A program made the translations under genes and the position numbers. The notes below the pieces were generated by a model. The model worked only from the letters and a program-made list of their open reading frames with translations, was not told where the DNA came from and made no database searches. Positions 17,703 to 27,050 of a stretch of DNA of 64,000 bases are shown one piece after another (positions within the stretch are counted from its first letter, which is position 1; each line of letters begins with the position of its first letter). Origin of the DNA: a virus (lineage: Duplodnaviria; Caudoviricetes); the IMG/VR virus record IMGVR_UViG_3300028624_000004, positions 113,541 to 177,540 of that record, one strand, 5' to 3'.

Positions 17703-19157
17703 TTATTCCTTGCTTTCTTCCTTTTCTTCTTCCTTTTCTTCTTCCTTTTCTTCAGAATCTTCAACTTCTTCAGCGCCCTCTACTTCTTCAGCATCTTCAC
17801 CCGATTCAAGTTCATCAGATTCTTCTCCTTCTCCTTCTCCTTCTCCTTCAGCATCTTCCAAACCGTCAACAACATCGTCTGCCACATCTACTACAGCATC
17901 TACAGCATCTACAGCGCCATCGACGGGAGAAACTGGTGCTGCTGGTGCTGCTGGTGGTGCTGCTGGTGCGCTTCCGCCCTTGATAATGGCTTCAAGCTCA
18001 GCGATACGAGCCTGCAAGTCGCTTATCTGTTGCACCATACCACCCTCTGCTGCGGGTGGTTCTACTTCTGTGACTTCTGGACCTCCTGCATCAACAGAAG
18101 TTACTTCTGCACCATCCAATCCAACTTCTTCTCCTGCTGGGTCAACGGTTATTCCCGTCTCAACTGGACCACTTCCTACGGCATCTTGCCCAGCCTCGGC
18201 ATCCAATTCCTTACCTATTTCACTTGCTTCGTCATCCCCAATTTCCAAACCATCCTCTTTCAAACCGGCGTTACCCTTATTCAATGGGTTGTCGAGTGGC
18301 AATCCTTCTGGTTCCTGCCCGCCGTCTGGTTTGATTTCTGGGTTTTTCTTTCCCATCTCGTCGGGGGTTACTATAACTTCGTGGTCCGAATCAATGATAT
18401 CATCTTCTAACATTCCAGTATTGCCCTTGTTCAACTTATCGTCAAGTGGCAATCCAAACCCGCCCTTATTAACAGGCTTCTTCATTTCATCTGGATTTAC
18501 GATAACTTCGTTATCAGAGTCGATAATGTCATCTTCTTTAAGATTTTTACTGTCGAACATATCTTCGCGATCATCATCTAAATGTCTATTCTTCTGACTG
18601 TCCCCATGATCGAACATATCTTCTGGTCTGTCATCTTCCGTATCTTCTTCCTTTTCGGGAGCACTTTCGTTGACTTTCTTACCGCGACGTAAGAAAGATG
18701 CCATTACTGGCGACAAAGGTCCGGTTGGACCTGCGGGAATTGGCATTCCTGGGGTTGTTTGTGTTCCAACTGCGGGTACTTCTGTTCCAGGTGTCTCTGG
18801 GTTGGTTGGGCACCCGGGCTGCTGGCAGCCAGCAGCACCAGTCAAGTCAATGAGCTTCTCTGGTCCCATTGGTCCTGCTGCACTAAGCTCTTCTGCCTTG
18901 GCTACAACATTATCAATGGATGCTGCGTCTGCGCTGGTTGCCCAGTTAAGCAAGTCACGTAACAGAGTGGAATTGACCGTAACGGTCTTATCTGGAACCG
19001 ATGCAGCTACTTGAGCAGCATCGACGGCTGGGTTCTCTGGATAGAGGGGATCTACCGCCCCGTCTTCTATTAACTTGCCCATCTTATCATACCCTTCAAC
19101 GATCTTCGTGCGGATACTCTGACGAACGTTGTCGAGAGATGGAATCTTGATGTTCAT
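17703..19157 (-). CDS. Highly acidic low-complexity protein (prohead core/scaffold-like) with internal repeat
   Basis: E/D/P/G-rich; duplicated EDDIIDSD.EVIV.PDEM...GLPLD..LNKGN unit; GATAAATA upstream. Confidence 0.7.
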   Translation of the reverse strand: MNIKIPSLDNVRQSIRTKIVEGYDKMGKLIEDGAVDPLYPENPAVDAAQVAASVPDKTVTVNSTLLRDLLNWATSADAASIDNVVAKAEELSAAGPMGPEKLIDLTGAAGCQQPGCPTNPETPGTEVPAVGTQTTPGMPIPAGPTGPLSPVMASFLRRGKKVNESAPEKEEDTEDDRPEDMFDHGDSQKNRHLDDDREDMFDSKNLKEDDIIDSDNEVIVNPDEMKKPVNKGGFGLPLDDKLNKGNTGMLEDDIIDSDHEVIVTPDEMGKKNPEIKPDGGQEPEGLPLDNPLNKGNAGLKEDGLEIGDDEASEIGKELDAEAGQDAVGSGPVETGITVDPAGEEVGLDGAEVTSVDAGGPEVTEVEPPAAEGGMVQQISDLQARIAELEAIIKGGSAPAAPPAAPAAPVSPVDGAVDAVDAVVDVADDVVDGLEDAEGEGEGEGEESDELESGEDAEEVEGAEEVEDSEEKEEEKEEEKEESKE

Positions 19158-19159
19158 AG

Positions 19160-19330
19160 TTATTCTCCTGATATTCTTTTATTTATCTGTGTAGCTATGT
19201 TCGCCTTAGCTCCGGGTGTCAGCTTCTTAGCTGTTTTGAACTTCCAAGCCCCTTCTATGCGCCTTGCTGTCCATGGCATATCCAAGTATGTTCCCTTTGC
19301 GAATCCGTTAGATGCTTGCTGGATCTGCAC
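19160..19330 (-). CDS. Possible small basic protein, 56 aa
   Basis: GTG start after GGGGAG; MQIQQASNGFAKG...KRISGE* ends 2 nt before next ATG. Confidence 0.35.
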   Translation of the reverse strand: MQIQQASNGFAKGTYLDMPWTARRIEGAWKFKTAKKLTPGAKANIATQINKRISGE

Positions 19331-20789
19331 TTTTATGCTCCCCCGTTTCGGGGGATTCCTCCTGCTCAGCGTCTCCGCCTACCATGTCATCTACGGGTTC
19401 TTCTTCGGTTCCACCAGCAAGGAACGCTTCCCACTGTTCTGGTGATAGGGCTATGGAGTCAGAGGATATTTCGGCTGCCACTTCTTCCTCGGCTCCTGCC
19501 TCCAAGCCCCCTAAGCCCACATCACCCATTTCTCCACCTTCGGCTCCTGCTTCACCACCAACTTCCATTTCTGGAACATCGGCAGTTACTTCATCTCCTT
19601 CTTCACCCATGACTATAGACTCTCCTATTCCATTGAGTCTCTCCTTAACACCCTGAACTATCATGTCAATCTTGTCAATGTCAGATGGGTAATGCTTAAG
19701 AACGAACTGTGAGATAACTTGTCCATTGACTTCCCCACCAAGTCCAGCAGCATAATCTGCTGCATCTTGAATAACGAGGTCTAACTCGGACGTTGCGCTC
19801 TCTTCCTGTGGGACAGGAAGCTCTTCTCCACCAACATCTCCCAATCCTTCAGCGCCAGGAACGCCAGTTTCTGAGGCTCCAAGGTCTTCTTCTCCACCGA
19901 TATCTTCTATGTCGCTTTCGACAGGAATGGTTTCAGCTACTTCTTGTGCCTTTGCGACTGTCTCGGCATCGAAAGGAACTTCTCCTGCTTCGATGGTAAC
20001 AGTGATCTTAGCACCTGGGAACTTAGCTTGGAGGTCAGCAATCAATCCAGCTTCCGGTGGTGCGTCCTGACCAACATTGTCAAGCCCTGGCTCCACGTCC
20101 ATTTCAGGGACTTCAGCTTCAGGTGCTACTTCTGGAGTTACTTCTGGAGTTACTTCTGGAGTTACTTGGTCAAGATTTAAGCCTTCCGCTTCCATAAACT
20201 TGCGGAAATGATTAAAAAGTCTCTTTCCTTTAGATTCTTTTGTGGTTACTTTCTCTGGAAAGGTGCGCTGCTGTGGCTTTGTCTTGCACTTCTGTCCTGG
20301 CTTGCAGCCAAGACGTTCAGGAAAGCGAGCAATACCAGTTGGTCCTGTTCCTTCGGCTGGGTCGCCAGCGCCGGGGGCACTTACAGTGGCTCCACCAGCA
20401 GATCCGGGCGCAGCGTCTTCAGTTGCCTTCTTAGCCTTTTCTTCTTGTCTTTTCTTTTTCTCAGCATCAACTACTTTTTGCTTAGCATGGGCATGTGTCC
20501 ACCCCATCGTTGGCTTCTTTCCTTCGGTTGCCTTCTTGCCGAAGATGGTCTTACCCTCGGTCTTGTCTTCTTTCTTATCGTCTTCCTTTTCTTCTACCTT
20601 TGATGCTTCCTTTTGTTCTTCAGCGCCCTTCTTTTTGAACTGGTGTGCCTTTAGGGCATCTGGTAGCTTGCGCTTGCCCTCTTCCAGCTTCTCCTTCTTA
20701 GTAGCGGAGACATTGACTTCAGTGTCCTCCTTCGCCCAGGATTCTTGTAGTTGCTTCCACTGATTACGATAGTCGCGCATGTCTGCCAT
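19308..20789 (-). CDS. Acidic low-complexity late protein (prohead core/internal protein-like)
   Basis: WKQLQESW leader, EVTP tandem repeat, TATAAATA at 20824-20831. Confidence 0.7.
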   Translation of the reverse strand: MADMRDYRNQWKQLQESWAKEDTEVNVSATKKEKLEEGKRKLPDALKAHQFKKKGAEEQKEASKVEEKEDDKKEDKTEGKTIFGKKATEGKKPTMGWTHAHAKQKVVDAEKKKRQEEKAKKATEDAAPGSAGGATVSAPGAGDPAEGTGPTGIARFPERLGCKPGQKCKTKPQQRTFPEKVTTKESKGKRLFNHFRKFMEAEGLNLDQVTPEVTPEVTPEVAPEAEVPEMDVEPGLDNVGQDAPPEAGLIADLQAKFPGAKITVTIEAGEVPFDAETVAKAQEVAETIPVESDIEDIGGEEDLGASETGVPGAEGLGDVGGEELPVPQEESATSELDLVIQDAADYAAGLGGEVNGQVISQFVLKHYPSDIDKIDMIVQGVKERLNGIGESIVMGEEGDEVTADVPEMEVGGEAGAEGGEMGDVGLGGLEAGAEEEVAAEISSDSIALSPEQWEAFLAGGTEEEPVDDMVGGDAEQEESPETGEHKSADPASI

Positions 20790-20863
20790 AAGTGTCTCCT
20801 AAAGGGGTATAATACTTCAATAGTATTTATACGACTTTCATTATATCAAGTAGCCAAAATTAT

Positions 20864-22165
20864 GTGAACTACCCACCCGCTAAAGCGAGTGGGCTTCAGG
20901 TTTCATAGACACTTCTATTGAAGTCGCCTCCACCTGTTTTTGTTTAGAGTCCGATTTAATTCCTAAACCAGACTTTTGATTTAAACCTTGTTGTAATATA
21001 TTAAGACTTGCATTTAAGTCTCTATCTATTACTTTTCCACATTGACAAGTCCATTCACGGTCTTTTATATTTAATCCTTCATTAATCCAACCACAATGAC
21101 TACAAGTTTTAGAACTTGGGAAGAAGCGGTCTATTACGACCAATTCTCTTCCATACCATTCTGCCTTATAGTTTAGCTGTCGAACGAATTCACCCCAACC
21201 ACAATTGCCGATTGATTTAGCAAGATTGTGATTTGACATCATACCTTTAACATTCAAATCTTCAATACATATCACTTGGTTTTCGTGAATTAACTTATGT
21301 GAAAGTTTATGTAAGAAGTCTTGACGGTTATTATGTATTTTTTCGTGAACTAATGCTACTTGTTTTCTGTATTTTATTCTACTATTACTCTCCTTTTTCT
21401 TTTTACTTAATTGTCTTTGTGTGAACTTGAGTTTCTTTTCTAACTTATGATAATGTTTGGGATTATCAAACTTATCCCCATTACTACAAACTGCGAAATC
21501 TTTAATACCCAAATCTACTCCTATTGACTCATCATTCTTTGGAAGTTTTTGTATTTCTCCAACTTCACAAGTAATTGAAACAAAATACTTCCCCAATGGA
21601 GTTTTAGAAATCGTAATGAAGTTAATATCTCCTATTTCACGATGAGCATTTAACTCTATACCTTCATTAAACTTTGGAAAGTAAATCTTATTATCTTCAA
21701 TTGAAATATGCTGTGGAACTCTAAAAGATTGTTTATCCCATTTACTTTTAAACTTTGGAAACTTACTTTGTTTACGGAAGAAACGATTATATGCTCCATC
21801 TAAATCTCTTAAAGTATGTTGAAGTGTCTGTGAGTTTATTTCTTTTAACCAAGTAGTTTCTTCTACTTTCTTTAATTCAACCAATTCAGTTGCACAATCA
21901 TAGTAATTTAGTGTCTTTTCATTCTTTAAGTATTCGTCTTTTCTTCTGTTTAGGAAGTGATTCCAAACAAATCTCTTACAACCAAAATGCTTGGCAAGTA
22001 GCACTTCTTGGTCTTTCGTAGGTAGAAGTTGGAATTTAAACGATTTGAGCATATTACTATTATACCACCTTCTAAAGATATTTATACGAGATTTTTAGTT
22101 TTTGTAAAAGTTTCTTTCAAGTAACCACCACTCATTATAAATGGTGGGAATATGATAAAAGTTAT
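20864..22165 (-). mobile_element. Non-autonomous IS200/IS605-family element (tnpB only)
   Basis: Right-end hairpin GAAGCCCACTCGCTTTAGCGGGTGGGTAGTTCAC; left-end hairpin CCACCATTTATAATGAGTGGTGG; no tnpA; left boundary approximate. Confidence 0.8.
20880..22052 (-). CDS. tnpB: RNA-guided endonuclease TnpB
   Basis: FGCKRFVWN HTH; RuvC IGVDLG, ICIEDL, DRDLNAS; Zn finger CSHC...CQC. Confidence 0.95.
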   Translation of the reverse strand: MLKSFKFQLLPTKDQEVLLAKHFGCKRFVWNHFLNRRKDEYLKNEKTLNYYDCATELVELKKVEETTWLKEINSQTLQHTLRDLDGAYNRFFRKQSKFPKFKSKWDKQSFRVPQHISIEDNKIYFPKFNEGIELNAHREIGDINFITISKTPLGKYFVSITCEVGEIQKLPKNDESIGVDLGIKDFAVCSNGDKFDNPKHYHKLEKKLKFTQRQLSKKKKESNSRIKYRKQVALVHEKIHNNRQDFLHKLSHKLIHENQVICIEDLNVKGMMSNHNLAKSIGNCGWGEFVRQLNYKAEWYGRELVVIDRFFPSSKTCSHCGWINEGLNIKDREWTCQCGKVIDRDLNASLNILQQGLNQKSGLGIKSDSKQKQVEATSIEVSMKPEAHSL

Positions 22166-22198
22166 GTAATGCTTTTATCTACATGGTATAATACAAAC

Positions 22199-22381
22199 AT
22201 GACAAAGAAAGAATTAGATTGTTATGATGCCACAACGCCCGAATGCGTGGAAGACGTTTGGAATTCAGACTTAATATATAACTCAAAGATTGTAGGGACT
22301 ATTTTTGGTCAATCTGAACGTGAAATAAAAAAATATATTAAGCGTTGGGTCCAGCAAACTCGGACTGACAGTAAGCCTTAA
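22199..22381 (+). CDS. Hypothetical protein
   Basis: ATG 6 nt after TATAAT. Confidence 0.45.
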   Translation: MTKKELDCYDATTPECVEDVWNSDLIYNSKIVGTIFGQSEREIKKYIKRWVQQTRTDSKP

Positions 22382-23867
22382 ACTTTTCTTTATTTTCTGG
22401 TGTTAGCTTCTTATACCAAGTGTCAATATCTTTCATTGGTATTTTCTTATCTTGCTGAATAGCCACTAAGACAGCATCTCTTAATGACTTATCAGCATCT
22501 CTTATCTCTTCTATAAACATGCGAGCGAATGCGGGGAATTCTCTTGGAGAGTTGATATATGCGGCATACGAAGATAGATCTTGCTTATGCTGTAATCTAT
22601 TGGGATCATTCACATGTGTCAACTCATGCCATATACCGCGTGTAACAAATGCCTTTATTTTGTCAAGTTTCTTCAAGTTGCTAACAAGTGAATCAGCAGA
22701 GATATAGATTGCATCTTCTTTCTCGTTGAAGTAAAGAGCAGATTCAATATCTGGTGACGTACTTAAGAGTTTCTTTTGGATATTTACAGATATGGAACGA
22801 CCGTCCATTTCTATAGAATCTTCCACATAAGTATTATAGCCTTGTGTATATGTTTCTTGAATCTTCTGAAGTAATTCATCAATGTTTTTCGACAGCCATT
22901 GACGAATAGAATTCGTAGGAAGGCTGACGAGAGTTTCGTTCATAGTATCATCTTCTATAAGATATTCGGTCGATACTACAAATCGTATATTTTCCGAACC
23001 CATCATATCTCTAGTAAACTCATCAACTGCTTCAAGCATGTTTTCTTCTTCGTTATAAACATACTTAAAATTGAAATATTTTCCAAGTTTGACCCACACA
23101 TCAAACGAACCCTTTCCAGTTTCGCCAGTTAGTGATGTATCGGAATATAAAGTCTTCATGAATTCTTCTATAGCATAAATGTAAAGCTTGATAGCTATGC
23201 CTTTACCCTGTGCCTCTGGGGCAAGAGCGACTGATTCTGTTTTCCATTGACCATCTTCGGTATACCAGATAAATTCACCGACATGCGTTCCTTCGGCGTT
23301 ATATAGATGTATTTGAAGATTATCTCTTCTTGACCACGTTTCCGCTTTGTATCCACTTATGTTAAACTCATCTACCAAAGTCATACCCCTACGGTTTAAC
23401 ATAGATAATACTTCTCTTTTATTTTGTTTAACAACGTAGTTGGAAATGTCTTTATTTCCGTCATTCCATGCTGGCATTTCGACCAAGCGACTTTCCCGTA
23501 TCTCTTGATTACGTATCAACTCGTTTATCATCTTGCCGTATGCGTTTATAGCCTGTACCTTGACATTGATCAGCTTCATACCACGCTGCTTGGCTGCGGC
23601 AAGTCGATGATGTCCGTTCTGACAGATTATCTCTCCATCACGATATATCGACACATCTATAGGCTCACTGAAGTCCATGGATGCTGCTACATCATCAGGG
23701 ACAGAACCGACTTCACTGGAATTGAGTCGCTTGATAATCTGTGGGTTCATGAACTTGATTTCTGGAATAACTTGATGATACTTCACATTGTCTTCATAAA
23801 CCATCTGAGCATCGGCTTCCAGTTGACTCCAAGTTTCTTTCAGTATCTTTAAGCGATTATCCCTCAT
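22338..23867 (-). CDS. Polyvalent late protein: ParB/Srx-like + GNAT-like + HEXXH metallopeptidase domains
   Basis: NGHHRLAAA; VALAPEAQGKGIAIKLY; GIWHELTHV...YINSPREF; LKILKETW leader. Confidence 0.72.
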   Translation of the reverse strand: MRDNRLKILKETWSQLEADAQMVYEDNVKYHQVIPEIKFMNPQIIKRLNSSEVGSVPDDVAASMDFSEPIDVSIYRDGEIICQNGHHRLAAAKQRGMKLINVKVQAINAYGKMINELIRNQEIRESRLVEMPAWNDGNKDISNYVVKQNKREVLSMLNRRGMTLVDEFNISGYKAETWSRRDNLQIHLYNAEGTHVGEFIWYTEDGQWKTESVALAPEAQGKGIAIKLYIYAIEEFMKTLYSDTSLTGETGKGSFDVWVKLGKYFNFKYVYNEEENMLEAVDEFTRDMMGSENIRFVVSTEYLIEDDTMNETLVSLPTNSIRQWLSKNIDELLQKIQETYTQGYNTYVEDSIEMDGRSISVNIQKKLLSTSPDIESALYFNEKEDAIYISADSLVSNLKKLDKIKAFVTRGIWHELTHVNDPNRLQHKQDLSSYAAYINSPREFPAFARMFIEEIRDADKSLRDAVLVAIQQDKKIPMKDIDTWYKKLTPENKEKFKAYCQSEFAGPNA

Positions 23868-23869
23868 AT

Positions 23870-24349
23870 TTAAACCCCTGCCGTCTTTAATACTTTATAC
23901 ATTGATTTCCATTCGGTATTCCAGTTTGTATTATTTCTAATAATAGATAAAAACACTTCTCTACCGCCAAGATATTTGTAATTTATAATATTTGCATGCT
24001 TTCCGTATTGATCAAGTGCTAGTTTTTGTAGATATTTAACGTTAATTTCTCCCATTTCATCAAAATATCTATTACCATGTGATATTGCAACATGATATAT
24101 ATCAGGCTCCCCATCCAGTAATTCATCATCGGTAATCACATCAGTAACGAATGCAATTTTTAAATTTTTGTCTTTAAGATATTCTAAAATAGCGATGGCA
24201 GCCATTCCGCAATTTCCCCCACCAAGAGAGCAACCATGTGATTTTAGAATTTCGTAACATTTTATGATTCTTGAGAATATATCATTCTCTTTGTTTTTTT
24301 CAACTATTTTATTCCATGATTCCTTGAGATTCTTAAGCAGGTTGTCCAT
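23870..24349 (-). CDS. Late protein with Cys-His-Asp (papain/transglutaminase-like) pattern
   Basis: GGNCGMAA...HVAI...YFD; LKNLKESW leader. Confidence 0.55.
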   Translation of the reverse strand: MDNLLKNLKESWNKIVEKNKENDIFSRIIKCYEILKSHGCSLGGGNCGMAAIAILEYLKDKNLKIAFVTDVITDDELLDGEPDIYHVAISHGNRYFDEMGEINVKYLQKLALDQYGKHANIINYKYLGGREVFLSIIRNNTNWNTEWKSMYKVLKTAGV

Positions 24350-25227
24350 TAGTCACCACCCACTTCATCACTTATCTCTTCTCTGCTTCCATTGACAATG
24401 ACATACTTCAGCATGCGTTGTCCCTGTAGAGGAATTGCGAGGCACTTCAGCGTTAGCTGCCGATCAAGTCCCTCGTTGTTATTTCCCATGTAATAGGTAA
24501 TCCAATCCTCAAGAATAGGCAGATAGAGGATGACCCGTTCCTTGACCAGCGACTTCCTAAGAACCTTACCTTTCTTCAAGCGGTTCTTGTCGATGGTGGC
24601 AAGATGGTAGCCAACAGGCTCTCCATCTTTTTCTTCAGGCTGATTCCAATACAGATATGGCTGCCCGTCAAGATAGGTCTGCGACTGCTTCTTCAGGTTC
24701 TCAAACAGGTTTGATTCCATGCTGGCGTCTTTGATAATCTCATTCAAGTCTCTCTTGAATCCCTCCATGATATACAAACCAATGGCTTCAAGAAACTTGA
24801 TGTCTCCTTCGTTGAGGGCTACAATGTTCTTGAAAGAGGATGACTCATGAAGAATAGACTGGGTGAAGAGTCTCTGGATTCTACTTCTATTTTCGTTGGT
24901 TGTCATGTTGGGTTCGGCAGGCGGCTTGCCTTCCCATTCCGCTGGCTGGTTGAATAGCTTGTGATCCACTTCTTTTCCGTTCATCCACACCGTGAACCAT
25001 ATACGACTTTTGGGAAACTTACCAAATACCCATTCTGCTCGCTTTAGCGCACCTTCAAGCGACTTGGCAGAACCATAAGCGTCTTGAAACTTTTTGACAG
25101 ATCCGTCTTTATCTATAACTTCCCAGTTCACAGTGTAAGTAACTGGATAGACTCTTCCGGGGCTTGTGTCAAGACCAAGTTTTGACTTATACTTTAGCTG
25201 TTCTTGGTCGAAAGTTTCTTTGGGCAT
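24349..25227 (-). CDS. Late hypothetical protein
   Basis: TATAAATA at 25233-25240; coupled to downstream genes. Confidence 0.7.
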   Translation of the reverse strand: MPKETFDQEQLKYKSKLGLDTSPGRVYPVTYTVNWEVIDKDGSVKKFQDAYGSAKSLEGALKRAEWVFGKFPKSRIWFTVWMNGKEVDHKLFNQPAEWEGKPPAEPNMTTNENRSRIQRLFTQSILHESSSFKNIVALNEGDIKFLEAIGLYIMEGFKRDLNEIIKDASMESNLFENLKKQSQTYLDGQPYLYWNQPEEKDGEPVGYHLATIDKNRLKKGKVLRKSLVKERVILYLPILEDWITYYMGNNNEGLDRQLTLKCLAIPLQGQRMLKYVIVNGSREEISDEVGGD

Positions 25228-25235
25228 GCCTTTAT

Positions 25236-25376
25236 TTATATCTTCTTGATCTGATCCTCTACCCTGTCAATGGTCTTTTTAGCAGTCGCAATAAGAAACT
25301 TTCTTATAGTCCAGAGCATATATAGATTTACAGCAAGTGTCGTAAGGTTGGCTAAAGCGATTATTATGGTTAGCAT
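25236..25376 (-). CDS. Small membrane protein, 46 aa
   Basis: MLTIIIALANLTTLAVNLYMLW...; AAGGAG RBS. Confidence 0.5.
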   Translation of the reverse strand: MLTIIIALANLTTLAVNLYMLWTIRKFLIATAKKTIDRVEDQIKKI

Positions 25377-25397
25377 AACAGAAACTCCTTCTGTTAT

Positions 25398-25856
25398 TTA
25401 TTCCTTGATGTATATCGTAATAGGAATCTTGGTAGCTTCTTCGAACTTCTGTAAAGCCGACGAATACCATTCCCAATTCCCTCCGCCTAACCCACAACCA
25501 ATTTTCGCAGGGAACGCAAGTGACTTAGGATTCAACTTCTTTATCTCCCGTAGGCACGAAATAAAATACTTTTTACGATGCTCAGCGGAGTCCCCAACGG
25601 GGTCATCGTCACGGGGCTTCCCCGGATTATATTGGGCGAACATGTTGATGATGTTCGGCTCACATGGTTCTCCACCACGGGCTACATTGATGGTTCCTGG
25701 CTTATCTGGTTCCCAGCGAGTTGAGTAACAGTCTGCGTATGTGTAGTTAGCAAACAGAACAGCAGCTAATCCAGCAGCACCATGTGATACACAATTGCAT
25801 TGATGACATATATACTCTTCACGAGCCTTCAAGATGTCAAGATGCTTGGTTTCCAT
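25398..25856 (-). CDS. Macro domain (ADP-ribose processing) protein
   Basis: ICHQCNC...GLA, IINMFAQY, LAFPAKIGCGLGGGNW. Confidence 0.88.
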   Translation of the reverse strand: METKHLDILKAREEYICHQCNCVSHGAAGLAAVLFANYTYADCYSTRWEPDKPGTINVARGGEPCEPNIINMFAQYNPGKPRDDDPVGDSAEHRKKYFISCLREIKKLNPKSLAFPAKIGCGLGGGNWEWYSSALQKFEEATKIPITIYIKE

Positions 25857-25885
25857 GTTCCATCTTTCTTTGACAGCTATTGTGT

Positions 25886-26086
25886 CTATCCAGCATATCC
25901 CATAAAACTTCTGGGGGCAAGAGAATTCAAGTATTCTTCAAAACCATCACGAGACTTCATACGGCACTTGACAAGCTGACAATCAATGGGATTGCCATGA
26001 CACTCGGGACATTCACTATGCAATGCCATGAGGCTGTTTATAAGATCTTCTCGTGTGATTCCTTCCATCAATCTCTCCTTAGCCAT
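25886..26086 (-). CDS. Hypothetical protein
   Basis: ORF, CPEC motif. Confidence 0.5.
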   Translation of the reverse strand: MAKERLMEGITREDLINSLMALHSECPECHGNPIDCQLVKCRMKSRDGFEEYLNSLAPRSFMGYAG

Positions 26087-26253
26087 GGAGGAACCACACG
26101 ACATCTTTCCTTGAATTTCCTCATAAAATCCTCACGCAATACATTCGTAAGATGCACATGCTCTGGATCAGACAAGGTAGTCTTGAAGTCGTGAAAGAAA
26201 TCTTCAAACTCGCTCCACCTAAAGGTAGCAGATCCATATTTTTCAGTTTCCAT
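26068..26253 (-). CDS. Hypothetical protein
   Basis: ORF overlapping neighbours. Confidence 0.5.
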   Translation of the reverse strand: METEKYGSATFRWSEFEDFFHDFKTTLSDPEHVHLTNVLREDFMRKFKERCRVVPPWLRRD

Positions 26254-27019
26254 AGAAGAACCTTTCATGGTCATCAATCCACCCTTTGGGCATGAATTGA
26301 GGCTTCATATTGTCAAGAAAATGCTTTCGCCAGCGCACAATGAATTCGCGAAGATCCTTTTGATGTGATACGATAACAGAAGCTGGAGAAACACTTGGAG
26401 TTTCTTTGGCTATTTCTTGCCTAAATGATGATATTGAAGTTTTGTCAATATCAACAACGCCAAAATGGTCGCCAATTTCTCTTAATAGAACATCTCGACG
26501 TTGCGGCGGAATATCGTCCCACTTGCTTTCCAGCGTCATGATGATAGCGTTCAGCTTTTCTGCCTTGACTACTTCGGGTAGCTTCTGGTTGTTCTTGGTG
26601 ACTATACCAGCCTCTTTTGCGAGCTTGGCGTTGAACAGATCAGCTTCTCTTTCATATTCTTCATGATGTTCTATACAAACAGGAAGAATGTCAAAATGAT
26701 TATGCGACTTCAGGACATCTGGGAAATGCTTTCGGTATTGGTAAGGAACGATATGATGCTTGGTCAGGTTCTTATCAGTTCCACATATGACACATTTATT
26801 ACTCATGTTGTTTTTATAAACATCGGACAGGTGAAGATTGCCTATTCCCTTTGGTTCAAATAATAGTTGTATTGTCTTTTCGTCAACTTGTTTCGCCAAT
26901 CCCTTCTTTAGATACCAGCGTATCTTCTTTCCATCGCAAAAACACATTCTATCACCACTAGGATGGAGTATAGAGTAGTTTTCATATATGTCAGTATCAT
27001 TACCGTGAAGATAAGTCAT
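26243..27019 (-). CDS. HNH-domain protein (resembles the HNH-like region of EXD2-type proteins)
   Basis: KKIRWYLKKGLA; CVICG....LTKHHIVPYQYRKHFP...HNHFDILPVC..HH; WRKHFL..MKP.FMP.GW. Confidence 0.72.
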   Translation of the reverse strand: MTYLHGNDTDIYENYSILHPSGDRMCFCDGKKIRWYLKKGLAKQVDEKTIQLLFEPKGIGNLHLSDVYKNNMSNKCVICGTDKNLTKHHIVPYQYRKHFPDVLKSHNHFDILPVCIEHHEEYEREADLFNAKLAKEAGIVTKNNQKLPEVVKAEKLNAIIMTLESKWDDIPPQRRDVLLREIGDHFGVVDIDKTSISSFRQEIAKETPSVSPASVIVSHQKDLREFIVRWRKHFLDNMKPQFMPKGWIDDHERFFYGN

Positions 27020-27050
27020 TAGTAGTATTCTAACGAATCATATAGGGAAG

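Noticed and set aside
17710-18597. 295-aa Ser-rich plus-strand ORF (and 19312, 20242)
   Set aside because: Antisense shadows of Glu-rich minus-strand genes that have RBS and late promoters
4140-20165. Short tandem repeats (FRDG at ~4146, EVTP at ~20130) as CRISPR or regulatory arrays
   Set aside because: 12-nt in-frame coding repeats with no spacers
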